Shown here piece after piece: positions 1 through 9,745 of a DNA stretch of 64,000 bases. A program made the translations under genes and the position numbers. Position 1 is the first letter of the stretch; the number at the start of each line of letters is the position of its first letter. The notes beneath the pieces were generated by a model. It searched no databases and was not told the origin of the DNA. It saw only the letters and a list, made by a program, of their open reading frames with translations. The stretch covers positions 1 through 64,000 of the forward strand of contig CALSRO010000004.1 in the NCBI GenBank assembly GCA_943788775.1, written 5' to 3'. This stretch comes from an uncultured Flavobacteriales bacterium. Lineage in GTDB: Bacteria; Bacteroidota; Bacteroidia; Flavobacteriales_G; Salibacteraceae.

Positions 1-444
1 AGTAAGATTTATTTTAAAGCGGTATTGGAGTACCGTTGTTTTGACATGGTCAAACAATTTTTGATTGTCAATAAAACTTAGGTTGTAATTCGTCATTTCC
101 TTTTGGTTTAAAACGAGATCGCACTGATGAATTATTCAGCAAATTTCTATTTATTCTTTTTCTCATGAGATTATTCATTTCTTCTCAATGTTTAAGAGTG
201 CGTCAAAATAAGATAATGAGCATCATTTTGGGGAAAAAGTAATCATGACTAGGTTTGAGTCACCTTTCAGCGCACAAACCCCGCTATGTGTGACTATTCA
301 AACAATGGTTATAGGGATAGTCTAAATGATTGATCAGCTTTATGGATTGACAGAAGAGGAAATTTGAATTGTCGAAGCGGGGTAAAATCGTGGTGAAATG
401 ATGCCTTAATTCGGAAAAGCGTTACAATTGCGTTACAATTATTA

Positions 445-482
445 AATATCAAAGGGCTACATTTCTGTAACCCTTTGATATT
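445..482 (-). terminator. Perfect 12-bp inverted repeat hairpin (AATATCAAAGGG / CCCTTTGATATT, 14-nt loop) directly 3' of tRNA-Ala; candidate tRNA terminator or processing structure
   Basis: Read directly from the sequence. Lies 6 nt beyond the tRNA 3' end on the minus strand. No clean U-tract follows, only AT-rich sequence. Confidence 0.35.
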
Positions 483-487
483 CAGCG

Positions 488-561
488 TGGAGAAGATGGG
501 AGTCGAACCCACGACCTCTTGACTGCCAGTCAAGCGCTCTAGCCAACTGAGCTACATCCCC
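488..561 (-). tRNA. tRNA-Ala (anticodon GGC)
   Basis: Reverse complement folds as a cloverleaf: acceptor GGGGATG, D-arm GCTC/AGTTGGCTA/GAGC, anticodon stem CTTGA/TCAAG with loop CTGGCAG (anticodon GGC), T-arm GTGGG/TTCGACT/CCCAT. The G3:U70 alanine identity pair is present. One T6:T67 mismatch sits in the acceptor stem. Confidence 0.85.
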
Positions 562-692
562 ATAATGAAACGTGAACCGATCAAGTTGGCGGCAAATATA
601 GTATTTGGTCCATTCCATTTGGTGTGATTCAGATTCACGCAAACCTTAATATTTCGAATACGTCTCTTTAAATATCTCGCATCTTTGCAGGC

Positions 693-944
693 ATGGTTAG
701 GCACTATTATTTCGTGGCATTTATACTTCTTGCTTTTGTGGCTGCCTGCAAAGACAAAAAGGAGGAACCTGTGGAAGAAAAACCACTAGTTACCACTGAG
801 GAAATATTCTGTGAAAACACCTGCATTTTTGCGAATGACAGCAGCTGTGACGATGGAGGGCCGGGTTCCTTAAATAGCTTTTGCGACTTCGCCACAGATT
901 GCGAAGATTGTGGAGAAAGAACAATCATAACCGTTGAAGATTAA
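693..944 (+). CDS. Small cysteine-rich lipoprotein (paralog A), unknown function
   Basis: Signal peptide with lipobox-like FVAAC, then six Cys in the pattern C-x3-C-x6-C-x10-C-x5-C-x2-C with FAND..CDDGG and TDC.DCGERT motifs. Tandem paralog of the next gene. Confidence 0.6.
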   Translation: MVRHYYFVAFILLAFVAACKDKKEEPVEEKPLVTTEEIFCENTCIFANDSSCDDGGPGSLNSFCDFATDCEDCGERTIITVED

Positions 945-953
945 TTTTGATTC

Positions 954-1148
954 ATGCATACTATCAAACTCATAGTGCTATTTATTCTTCTTTCCTTCGT
1001 TGGGCTTACTTCATGCGAAGAGCAACTCTGTGATGACTCGTGTCCCTTTGCCAATGATGGAGTGTGTGATGATGGTGGCAGCGATTCCATTCATGATGTG
1101 TGTCAATTAGGCACCGATTGTAATGATTGTGGCGAGCGCACGCCCTAA
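954..1148 (+). CDS. Small cysteine-rich lipoprotein (paralog B), unknown function
   Basis: Signal peptide (LTSC lipobox) and the same six-Cys core (CPFANDGVCDDGG...CQLGTDCNDCGERT) as the upstream ORF. Confidence 0.6.
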   Translation: MHTIKLIVLFILLSFVGLTSCEEQLCDDSCPFANDGVCDDGGSDSIHDVCQLGTDCNDCGERTP

Positions 1149-1179
1149 GACTAACTTCAAATTCAGCATAATTAATTTC

Positions 1180-1187
1180 TAGCTTTG
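1180..1187 (+). promoter_or_regulatory. Bacteroidota-type -7 box TAGCTTTG (TAnnTTTG) 8 nt upstream of the panD ATG; would imply a leaderless or very short-leader mRNA
   Basis: Motif match only. No convincing -33 TTG found. Confidence 0.25.
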
Positions 1188-1194
1188 CCGCGAA

Positions 1195-1554
1195 ATGCAA
1201 ATTGAAGTTCTAAAATCCAAAATTCATCGCGTAAAAGTTACCGATGCACACCTCGACTACGTTGGCAGTATTGAGATTGATGAGCGATTGATGGATGCCG
1301 CTAATATGATTGAAGGCGAAAAAGTTACCGTTGTTAATATCAACAACGGGGAGCGACTTGAGACTTATATCATTAAGGGTAAAAAAGATTCAGGCACGAT
1401 CAGCCTTAACGGTCCCGCTGCACGAAAAGTGATGAAAGGAGACATTGTAATTATTATCTCCTATGCTCAAATGAAATTTGAAGAAGCAAAGACCTTCAAA
1501 CCTTGGATCGTATTTCCAGATGAAAATACTAACAAGCTCATAACAAACAACTAG
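1195..1554 (+). CDS. panD: Aspartate 1-decarboxylase proenzyme
   Basis: 119 aa. Strong similarity to PanD throughout ([20 protein letters not shown] with the Gly-Ser self-cleavage site, ISLNG). Confidence 0.92.
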   Translation: MQIEVLKSKIHRVKVTDAHLDYVGSIEIDERLMDAANMIEGEKVTVVNINNGERLETYIIKGKKDSGTISLNGPAARKVMKGDIVIIISYAQMKFEEAKTFKPWIVFPDENTNKLITNN

Positions 1555-2562
1555 TTGGGCAAAAAGCTTAAATCAGTACTGCAGGTGTTATTTTCACTTG
1601 CCATCGGATTCTTTCTTATTTGGTATTTCTATAAAGATTTGACCGAAGAGGATAAACGAAGCATCTTAAATTCGTTTGCCAATGCAAACTATTGGTGGAT
1701 TCTAGTCGCAACTTTCATTGGGATTTTAAGCCATGTATTTCGAGGTTATCGTTGGAAGTATACATTGGAACCATTGAATATCAAGATCAACTTCATCAAT
1801 CGTTTCTCTGCGGTGATGATAGGATATTTGGCAAACTTGGCTTTTCCGCGTTTAGGCGAAGTCAGCCGCTGTGCAGTGCTTACAAGATACCAAAAACAAC
1901 CTTTTGAAAAGCTTTTCGGAACTGTGGTAGCAGAGCGAGTTATAGATGCCATTCTACTACTATTGATTTTGGCGGTTACTCTCCTTTTACAGCTGAATGT
2001 TCTGGGAGGAATGGTAACTGACTGGTTGGAGCCGATGCTTGAAAAAGCACAAAACCAGCTCATCTTCGCCTTAGCAGGCATTATTGCGTTGGTGCTCGCC
2101 TTTTTTGGTTGGAAATTCCTACAAAACTCCGAGCATCGAATAGCGATAGCAGTACGAGCAAAATTGCTGGGTTTATGGGAAGGAATTATTTCTTTAAAAA
2201 CTATGAAAGGTCAATTTGGCTTTTATCTACATACTGTCTTAATCTGGGTTTGTTATGTAGGGATGAACTACTTCGCCTTTTTTGCTTTTCCAGAAACGCA
2301 TGACGTCCCTTTTGCAGGAATCATGGCGTCATTTGTTATGGGTGGATTGACCATTGTTGCGGTGCAAGGTGGATTAGGTGCATACCCTTTAGGAGTAATG
2401 ACCGTATTGCTGCTCTATGGTGTAGATCGCGAATTAGGATACGCTTTTGGTTGGATTGTGTGGTTTGCCCAAACGGCAATGATTATCACTCTTGGATTTA
2501 TATCATTGCTCATCATGCCATTGATAAATATCTCAAAACCGGAACTGGATGTCACAGAATAA
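1555..2562 (+). CDS. Flippase-like / lysylphosphatidylglycerol-synthase transmembrane-domain family membrane protein (UPF0104)
   Basis: 335 aa polytopic membrane protein. The conserved RGYRWKY...[13 protein letters not shown] motif is typical of this family. Listed start is TTG directly after the panD stop. Confidence 0.6.
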   Translation: MGKKLKSVLQVLFSLAIGFFLIWYFYKDLTEEDKRSILNSFANANYWWILVATFIGILSHVFRGYRWKYTLEPLNIKINFINRFSAVMIGYLANLAFPRLGEVSRCAVLTRYQKQPFEKLFGTVVAERVIDAILLLLILAVTLLLQLNVLGGMVTDWLEPMLEKAQNQLIFALAGIIALVLAFFGWKFLQNSEHRIAIAVRAKLLGLWEGIISLKTMKGQFGFYLHTVLIWVCYVGMNYFAFFAFPETHDVPFAGIMASFVMGGLTIVAVQGGLGAYPLGVMTVLLLYGVDRELGYAFGWIVWFAQTAMIITLGFISLLIMPLINISKPELDVTE

Positions 2563-3049
2563 GCTTTCCGCAAAGATTCAATCGATTGAGCAAGCAACTG
2601 AGACTATAAAGAATTGGTCTGATCAGGGGAAAATTGTCTTCACAAATGGCGTCTTTGATTTAATTCACCCAGGGCATGTATTATATCTTGAAGAAGCGAA
2701 GAGTCTGGGGAATCGCCTGATAGTTGGGCTTAATTCTGACGATTCTGCGAAAAGACTTGGTAAGGGTTCGAATAGACCAATAAACGATGAAAATTCTCGA
2801 GCATTGGTGATCGCGGCTTTGGAATCTGTTGATTTGGTTGTTTTGTTTGATCAGGATACTCCCCTAGATTTGATTACAACCTTAAAGCCAAATGTCTTAG
2901 TGAAAGGTGGAGATTATTCCATTGATCAAATCGTAGGATCCGAACTAGTCATTGCAATGGGTGGCAAAGTTGATTCACTACCTTTTGTTGAAGGTTATTC
3001 CACTACAACTATCGAACAAAGAATACTTAACGCTGGTTTAGATCAATGA
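2549..3049 (+). CDS. rfaE: D-beta-D-heptose 1-phosphate adenylyltransferase domain protein (RfaE domain II-like cytidylyltransferase)
   Basis: 166 aa. [14 protein letters not shown]...LIVGLNSD...LVKGGDY...STT motifs match the HldE/RfaE C-terminal nucleotidyltransferase domain. Overlaps the upstream gene by 14 nt. Confidence 0.8.
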   Translation: MSQNKLSAKIQSIEQATETIKNWSDQGKIVFTNGVFDLIHPGHVLYLEEAKSLGNRLIVGLNSDDSAKRLGKGSNRPINDENSRALVIAALESVDLVVLFDQDTPLDLITTLKPNVLVKGGDYSIDQIVGSELVIAMGGKVDSLPFVEGYSTTTIEQRILNAGLDQ

Positions 3050-3477
3050 TGACCATCAACGAAATACAAGACGAGATCATTGAGGAGTTTGAATTTTTCT
3101 CAGACTGGATGGAAAAGTATGAACATATTATCTCGTTTGGAAAAGATCTAAAAGGATTGGACACAAATCACAAGACATCAGAAAACCTAGTAAAAGGCTG
3201 TCAAAGCCAAGTTTGGTTAATTGCAGATTCTAAAGATGGAATGTTAAAATTCGATGCCGATAGCGATGCAGTAATCACGAGGGGGCTTGTGGGGCTTTTG
3301 GTCAAGGTTTTATCCGATCATTCACCTGAAGAAGTTGCTAACGCAGACCTTTATTTCATCGATCGAATCGGTTTAAAAGAGCATCTTTCACCGAATCGGT
3401 CAAATGGCCTTGTCTCTATGGTTAAGAAAATGAAATTGTACGCAATAGCACATTCCGCAAAAAGGACGATAGACTAA
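3046..3477 (+). CDS. sufE: SufE-family cysteine desulfuration (sulfur acceptor) protein
   Basis: 143 aa. Conserved SufE Cys motif ([10 protein letters not shown]). 4-nt overlap with the upstream gene. Confidence 0.85.
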   Translation: MMTINEIQDEIIEEFEFFSDWMEKYEHIISFGKDLKGLDTNHKTSENLVKGCQSQVWLIADSKDGMLKFDADSDAVITRGLVGLLVKVLSDHSPEEVANADLYFIDRIGLKEHLSPNRSNGLVSMVKKMKLYAIAHSAKRTID

Positions 3478-3797
3478 TGGAATACGAAGAAGTAAAAGCA
3501 TTGGAAAAGAGTATTGTGAGCGCGTTAAAAACGGTTTACGATCCTGAAATTCCTGTGGATATCTATGAATTAGGATTGATCTATGAAATCAAGATCAACG
3601 AGGACCGCGAGGCAACAATAGTGATGACATTGACCTCGCCTAGTTGCCCTGTAGCCGAAAGTTTGCCACTCGAAGTGGAAGAAAAAGTAGCCGGAGTGGA
3701 GGGCATCACCAAAGCCACCATCGACCTCACGTGGGAACCCACATGGGATAAAGACATGATGAGTGAAGAAGCGCTTGTTGAGCTAGGCATGATCTAA
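3477..3797 (+). CDS. DUF59/MIP18-family Fe-S assembly protein (SufT-like)
   Basis: 106 aa. YDPEIPVDIYELGLIY and TLTSPSCP motifs are typical of DUF59. Confidence 0.8.
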   Translation: MEYEEVKALEKSIVSALKTVYDPEIPVDIYELGLIYEIKINEDREATIVMTLTSPSCPVAESLPLEVEEKVAGVEGITKATIDLTWEPTWDKDMMSEEALVELGMI

Positions 3798-4300
3798 TGG
3801 ATATTATAGAAAATAAAGTCGCAAAAAGTGGTCTAATCACCATAGATCTAGAGGAATTAAAGCCGAATTGGGACATCCTCGGCTTTGATATTTCCAGCGT
3901 ACTTGTTGAAGGATTAATGCTGCGAGAAAAAGACTTCAGGGAGTTTATCAATAGCAATGATTGGTCTCCATATTCAGATAAGCACCTACATGTTTACTGC
4001 TCAACCGATGCCATTGTACCCACGTGGGCATATATGCTGTTGAGTTCTAAACTCAGCGGAGTTGCCAAATCGTGTGTATTTGGAACCAAGTCTGAAATGA
4101 AGAAAATGCTTTGGCTTAATTTAGTGGAAAACATGGACTACGAACGTTTTGCCGGGGAGCGGGTAATTGTAAAAGGATGCGCCACTGAAGCGATTGATGA
4201 AGCGGTGTACATGCTCCTTGCGCAGAACCTAACACCCATTGTGAAGAGTCTGATGTTTGGCGAACCATGCAGCACAGTTCCCATTTATAAGAAAAAATAA
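3797..4300 (+). CDS. Hypothetical protein, suf-operon associated (DUF2480-like)
   Basis: 167 aa, no signal peptide. Start overlaps the upstream stop by 1 nt (ATGA). Confidence 0.45.
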   Translation: MDIIENKVAKSGLITIDLEELKPNWDILGFDISSVLVEGLMLREKDFREFINSNDWSPYSDKHLHVYCSTDAIVPTWAYMLLSSKLSGVAKSCVFGTKSEMKKMLWLNLVENMDYERFAGERVIVKGCATEAIDEAVYMLLAQNLTPIVKSLMFGEPCSTVPIYKKK

Positions 4301-4320
4301 GGGCTAGAATTTTCCAGCCC
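4293..4320. terminator. Weak hairpin (GGGCT-10nt-AGCCC) flanked by A and T runs between convergent genes
   Basis: Read from sequence. The stem is short. Confidence 0.25.
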
Positions 4321-4342
4321 TCATCCCTCATACACTGATTCT

Positions 4343-5011
4343 CTAGTCAAAACCCATAGTGGCGTATGCGTAGATTTCTTCCAATTCATTCATGGCCACT
4401 TTTTGACCGTTCAAGAATTTATTGACTTCAGCAAACTGATATCCCTTTGATTGGAGTTCTTCGCGATATGACTCTGCTTCTTCCAAGTTATCAAATTCTC
4501 CCGCAGAATAAGCAAAGGCACGATTTGGGAGGATTTCAAAACTCAAATCCTCACTTATTCCTTTCACTGAATATTTGCTGATAGGAGTGACATAAGTTTC
4601 GAAATACACAGTAAATGATACTGCATCCGGCATTTCTAGATTGTTGGCATCATACCACGTTCGATCCCCCATAAGGATGAAGGCATCTGCTGCAGTAATG
4701 CTGGTCTGATTAAAAAATGGCACCAAGGAAACATCTTTTGCTTCTACCCCTTCAGGCAATGCTGGCATTTGAGCCATTGCGGTTGCCAAGCTTTTGTATT
4801 CTCCGTAATAAACTACAAGACCCTGATTAGTGCGACTAATGGTGAAGTCTTCATTGAGCCAATCAGAGTTGACGGATTCAGTGATAATTCGCCATTGGAA
4901 TACGAGTCCCTTTGGGAGTTCTGGGTTGAATATTTTCGATTGTGCAGAAGCTGCAGAAAAGATGAACATTAAAGAAAGGAGTGCGATAAATACAGGAGCT
5001 AACTTTTTCAT
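4343..5011 (-). CDS. Secreted hypothetical protein; C-terminal region weakly SPOR-like
   Basis: Signal peptide MKKLAPVFIALLSLMFIFSAASAQ. No family recognised with confidence. Confidence 0.5.
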   Translation of the reverse strand: MKKLAPVFIALLSLMFIFSAASAQSKIFNPELPKGLVFQWRIITESVNSDWLNEDFTISRTNQGLVVYYGEYKSLATAMAQMPALPEGVEAKDVSLVPFFNQTSITAADAFILMGDRTWYDANNLEMPDAVSFTVYFETYVTPISKYSVKGISEDLSFEILPNRAFAYSAGEFDNLEEAESYREELQSKGYQFAEVNKFLNGQKVAMNELEEIYAYATMGFD

Positions 5012-5205
5012 GACATTAGATTTTGAGGTTAACGATGATGTTAGTGGGTCATCTTATCGATCTAATGGAAAAGTGGCTTTTTCAAAACACTATTCTAAAG
5101 ACTGTATTAAATTCAGAAAAGTTGTCTGATTATTTCTTTTCTACGCGAAAAAACCAAATTTTGTTTCGTTACAACTTCAAAACACCAATGATTTCGGCAC
5201 TTTGA

Positions 5206-7680
5206 ATGAGTCACAATTGGCTTTCTTTTTTTGCATTTTTGAGCAAACACCCTGGTATGAGATTCTTACTCAGTCTAATCTTGCTATTTTTTGTCTCATA
5301 CGGTATCGCTCAGGACCTTACCCAAAGTTTGCGAGGTAGAGTAATTGACAAGGACACGCGTCAGCCAATTCCCGGAGTTAATGTGATATTAATGGATGAC
5401 AGCGTCAATCTCACTGGCACAACTTCTGATTTTGATGGACGCTATACACTCGAAAAACTTTCGATAGGACGACACTCTGTTCAATTTACTTTCATTGGCT
5501 ACTCTCCGCAATTCACAAATAATATCATTGTAAATTCAGGACGGCAAACTATACTCGATGTTGAACTTGAAGAATCTGCACAAGAACTGGATGCAGTGGA
5601 AATTTCAGCTTCTCGAGACGGAGAGCCGCTGAACGAAATGGCCATTGTTAGCGCACGGCAATTCAATGTGGCCGAAACAGAACGATACGCAGGAAGTCGT
5701 GGAGAGCCTTCGCGAATGGCGGCCAGTTTTGCTGGAGTTCAAGGTGCCGATGATTCAAGAAACGACATTGTCATTCGAGGAAACTCACCTCAAGCCATTT
5801 TATGGCGCTTAGAAGATGTACCCATTTCAAATCCAAATCATTTCAATATTCCAGGCACTGCTGGAGGATCCGTCAGCATTCTTAACAATAAAACACTAGG
5901 CAATAGCGACTTTTATACGGGTGCGTTTCCAGCTGAATTTGGAAATGCAAACGCAGGAGTTTTTGACCTTAATATGCGGAATGGGAACAATGAAAAACAC
6001 GAATTTATTGGACAGTTTGGTTTCCTAGGAACCGAAGCCTTGTTAGAAGGTCCGCTTAATCGCGAAAAGAACATTACGTACATGGCTTCTTATCGTTATT
6101 CCACGCTGGCGCTTATCGGTGGACTAGGAATTAACTATGGAACAGATGCTATCCCAAAGTATCAAGACGCTTCCTTTAAAGTAAATATTCCCGGAAAAGG
6201 AGCCTCATCTTTCTCTGTGTTTGGCGTTGGCGGCTGGAGCGACATCGACATTTTAATCAGTGATCAAGAAGGACCATCTGATCGCAACATTTATGGTGAC
6301 AACGACCGCGACCAATATTTCGGTTCACAAATGGGTGTGATTGGGGCCAGCTATACACGCTCCATAAACGAAAAGACCTATTGGAAAAATGTGGTTGCAT
6401 ATAATCACAGTCAAGTGGATTCTTATCATGAATTGGTGTATCGTCAACTCACTACAGATAGCACCTATCAGGTGGACAGCATGCGGCCACTTCTAGACTA
6501 CACCTTCCGTGAAGATCGTATTGTAGCGCATTCGTATGTCAACACAAAGTTGAACCGTAGAAACGTGCTGAAATTCGGCATTGTGGCAGAGCAGATCTTT
6601 TTCGATTTTGTAGATAGCACATGGATTTTTGATTCCACACAGGCTGATTATTTGGATTGGCGAGTCCGATGGAATACTTCCATAAGCGCTCAACTACTGC
6701 AGCCCTATATTCAGTGGAAACATCGCACAGATAAAGGGCTGACCATAACTGCAGGAGTTCACAGTCAAGTGTTTACGCTGAGTCACAGCATCAGCTGGGC
6801 AGAACCTCGCGTTGCGATGAAAAAAACACTTAAGGATGGCAGCGCTATAACTGCAGGGGTTGGCATACACTCTCAGGTTCAACCGTACTATATGTATTTC
6901 TATAGCCAAAGTGAAAACCCAGATGGTAGCCGCGCACTGCACAATAAAACCATGGATTTCTCCTATGCTGCACATGCCGTAGCTGGCTATGAACGAATGC
7001 TAAAACCGATGCTTCGATTTAAAACCGAAATCTATTATCAATACTTGTGGAATATACCCGTGGAGCAAAAATCCAGTTCGTTTTCATTGGCAAACACTGG
7101 TAGTGGTTTCGAGCGATTCTTCCCAGACACCTTGATAAACGATGGAACTCAATTCAACTATGGTATTGAGTTTACGTTAGAGAAATACTTCTCGAAAACC
7201 TACTATTTCATGGCCACTCTGGCCCTATTTGAAAGCAAGTACGTGGCGAGTGATCAAAAGATAAGAAATACAGATTTTAACGGACGCTATGCCGCAAGCG
7301 CCCTTATTGGGAAAGAATTTAAACTTTCAAAAAAATCAATGATCTCTGTGGGTACTAATATCACAGCCGTGGGCGGTAGATGGTATGGCCCCGCGGATAT
7401 TGCGGCCAGTAACCAAGCTCGCGAAGTGATAGCAATTGATTCCTTAAGGAACACCAAGCAATTCCCAGATTATTTCCGTGCTGATATTAAGGTAAACTAC
7501 AGGCTAAACACGAACAAGGTTACGCATGAGATCGGCCTTGATCTTGTCAATGTTTTTAACGTGAAAAACGTTCTGAGCCTAACCTATGCACCGGATGAAA
7601 ACAACGATCCGAACAAATCTATTCGCAGAGAATATCAATTGGGAAGACTTCCTCTTTTCTACTACAGGATTTCCTTCTAG
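5206..7680 (+). CDS. TonB-dependent outer-membrane receptor with N-terminal carboxypeptidase-regulatory-like domain
   Basis: 824 aa. CarbopepD_reg-like LRGRVIDKDTRQPIPGVNVIL, plug and barrel regions, C-terminal aromatic residue. Likely true start at the internal Met (MRFLLSLILLFF, about 5254). Confidence 0.85.
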   Translation: MSHNWLSFFAFLSKHPGMRFLLSLILLFFVSYGIAQDLTQSLRGRVIDKDTRQPIPGVNVILMDDSVNLTGTTSDFDGRYTLEKLSIGRHSVQFTFIGYSPQFTNNIIVNSGRQTILDVELEESAQELDAVEISASRDGEPLNEMAIVSARQFNVAETERYAGSRGEPSRMAASFAGVQGADDSRNDIVIRGNSPQAILWRLEDVPISNPNHFNIPGTAGGSVSILNNKTLGNSDFYTGAFPAEFGNANAGVFDLNMRNGNNEKHEFIGQFGFLGTEALLEGPLNREKNITYMASYRYSTLALIGGLGINYGTDAIPKYQDASFKVNIPGKGASSFSVFGVGGWSDIDILISDQEGPSDRNIYGDNDRDQYFGSQMGVIGASYTRSINEKTYWKNVVAYNHSQVDSYHELVYRQLTTDSTYQVDSMRPLLDYTFREDRIVAHSYVNTKLNRRNVLKFGIVAEQIFFDFVDSTWIFDSTQADYLDWRVRWNTSISAQLLQPYIQWKHRTDKGLTITAGVHSQVFTLSHSISWAEPRVAMKKTLKDGSAITAGVGIHSQVQPYYMYFYSQSENPDGSRALHNKTMDFSYAAHAVAGYERMLKPMLRFKTEIYYQYLWNIPVEQKSSSFSLANTGSGFERFFPDTLINDGTQFNYGIEFTLEKYFSKTYYFMATLALFESKYVASDQKIRNTDFNGRYAASALIGKEFKLSKKSMISVGTNITAVGGRWYGPADIAASNQAREVIAIDSLRNTKQFPDYFRADIKVNYRLNTNKVTHEIGLDLVNVFNVKNVLSLTYAPDENNDPNKSIRREYQLGRLPLFYYRISF

Positions 7681-9566
7681 TAAGCTCTCTCTCGCTTACC
7701 TTCAAAGAAATTCATGTAAGCCTTATTCACAACCCGATTACCTCCATTAGTCGGGTAGTCCCCGCTGAAATACCAATCCCCTAGATGGTCTGGACAGCCT
7801 TCGTGCAAGGCATCGATGCTTTGGAAAATGATCTCCAATTCAGCCTTCAAACCCTCAGGTTTCAGCAGCTCCGCCACCTTGGCCGAAAGTTGGTCATCGG
7901 TGAACGGGGCATAAACCTTCTTCACATGATTCACCTGATTGATATTGTCCACATCTGCTACACAAAGTTTATACACGTCTTTCAGGATGTGTTCTTGATT
8001 TGTTTCTTTCAGCAGCGCAAGAGCCGCTTGGAACACACAAAAATCCTGAAGGAGACTCATGTCAATTCCATAACAATCTGGGTAACGAATTTGGGGAGCA
8101 CTACTCACAACTACAATTTTCTTCGGACCTAGGCGATCCAAAATCTTCAAAATACTCTGCTTCAACGTAGTTCCTCTCACAATTGAGTCATCAATCATAA
8201 CCAAGTTGTCTTGCCCTCTTCGAATGGTGCCATAAGTGACGTCATATACGTGAGCAACTAACTCATTTCGGTCACTATCTTGGGTAATAAATGTTCTAAG
8301 CTTGGCATCCTTAATCGCCACTTTTTCGATTCGAACCCTCTCATTGAGTAGCTTTCTCAAACCTTCTTCGTCATTTCCTAACCTAGGAATTTCGACAATT
8401 TTTCGTTCGCTGTGAAATTCCTCCAATCCTCGAATCATTCCATAAAATGAAACCTCCGCAGTGTTGGGTATGAAACTGAATACACTGTTATCCAAGTCAG
8501 CGTCAATCGCTTGCAGTACTCGCGGCACAACCAATCGACCAAGCGCCTTTCGTTCCTTATAAATATCTGTGTCGCTTCCCCGCGAAAAATAGATTCGTTC
8601 GAATGAACAGCTTAATTTATCCCCCGGCTGACGGATCATGTCCATCGTCACTTTACCATCTTTCTTCACGATAAGCGCATGACCAGGAGTAATTTCCTGC
8701 ACTTGATCAGCCACCAAGTTGAAGGCCGTCTGAATCACAGGTCGTTCGCTTGCCACAACTACCACTTCATCATCTTGATAGTAGAATGCAGGACGAATTC
8801 CGTTTGGATCACGAAGCACAAACGCATCACCATTTCCAATCAGACCGCACATGGCATAACCGCCATCAAAATTGCTTGCGGAACGACTTAGAATATTTTG
8901 AATGTCAAGATTCTTCGATATCAGGTCAGTGATTTCTCGATTTGGATATCCCAAGCGCTTGTATTTTCCGAATAAGGCTTCATTCTCTTCATCTAAGAAG
9001 TGACCAATTTTTTCCAATACGGTCACTGTATCCGCCTTTTTCTTGGGATGCTGACCTAAATCTACAAGCAAATCGAACTGCTCATCTACGTTGGTCATAT
9101 TAAAGTTACCCGCTAGAACCAAGTTCCGCGCCATCCAATTGTTCTGCCTTAAAAACGGGTGACAAGCCTCAATGCTATTGCTTCCGTATGTTCCATATCT
9201 CAAGTGGCCTAAATAAAGTTCACCAGAAAAAGGCGCGTTTTGTTTCAGCCATTTTGGATCATTCAGCAATTCAGGATCATCACCAGACACTTCTGAAAAA
9301 CGACCATAGACATGATCAAAAATGTCTTGAATAGGTTTGTTACTGTTGGATCTATGTCTTGAAATATATCGAGCACCGGGAGGAACGTCAAACTTAATGT
9401 TAGCCAATCCCGCGCCATCTTGACCGCGATTGTGCTGTTTCTCCATAAGGAGATACATTTTGTTTAGGCCATAAAATGACGTTCCATACTTTTCTCGGTA
9501 GTATTCGAGTGGTTTGAGAAGGCGAACCATTGCTATTCCGCACTCGTGCTTTATTTGATCACTCAT
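7677..9566 (-). CDS. purF: Amidophosphoribosyltransferase, long Bacteroidota form
   Basis: 629 aa. N-terminal class II glutamine amidotransferase with catalytic Cys after a short propeptide (MSDQIKHE-CGIAMV). PRTase motif MIDDSIVRGTT is present. Confidence 0.85.
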   Translation of the reverse strand: MSDQIKHECGIAMVRLLKPLEYYREKYGTSFYGLNKMYLLMEKQHNRGQDGAGLANIKFDVPPGARYISRHRSNSNKPIQDIFDHVYGRFSEVSGDDPELLNDPKWLKQNAPFSGELYLGHLRYGTYGSNSIEACHPFLRQNNWMARNLVLAGNFNMTNVDEQFDLLVDLGQHPKKKADTVTVLEKIGHFLDEENEALFGKYKRLGYPNREITDLISKNLDIQNILSRSASNFDGGYAMCGLIGNGDAFVLRDPNGIRPAFYYQDDEVVVVASERPVIQTAFNLVADQVQEITPGHALIVKKDGKVTMDMIRQPGDKLSCSFERIYFSRGSDTDIYKERKALGRLVVPRVLQAIDADLDNSVFSFIPNTAEVSFYGMIRGLEEFHSERKIVEIPRLGNDEEGLRKLLNERVRIEKVAIKDAKLRTFITQDSDRNELVAHVYDVTYGTIRRGQDNLVMIDDSIVRGTTLKQSILKILDRLGPKKIVVVSSAPQIRYPDCYGIDMSLLQDFCVFQAALALLKETNQEHILKDVYKLCVADVDNINQVNHVKKVYAPFTDDQLSAKVAELLKPEGLKAELEIIFQSIDALHEGCPDHLGDWYFSGDYPTNGGNRVVNKAYMNFFEGKRERAY

Positions 9567-9745
9567 CTTTTTGGGTGGGTCAAAGTTAAGATGATTTTAA
9601 ACCTAGAACATATCCAATTCAATGTGGTTTTAATAGCAACGTTTAGACCCAACATTTCGTCTTTTATTTCGCGTATACCAAAGGATTACGTTCCTTTAAT
9701 GGCTCAATTGATTCGATTCTGAAATACATTTTCACATATCTATTT

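Noticed and set aside
309-642. ORFs 309..533 and 457..642 on the minus strand
   Set aside because: They overlap the tRNA-Ala gene and its flanking hairpin. They have no coding features and are explained by the tRNA.
1006-1200. His-rich 64-aa minus-strand ORF antisense to the Cys-rich lipoprotein genes
   Set aside because: Complement artefact: Cys codons (TGT/TGC) read as ACA/GCA and GTG reads as CAC (His) on the opposite strand. The sense-strand genes have signal peptides and a conserved paralogous core.
5012-5205. Possible riboswitch such as cobalamin in the 5' region of the TonB-dependent receptor gene
   Set aside because: No B12-box or other recognisable riboswitch core seen. The region looks like an AT-rich promoter only.
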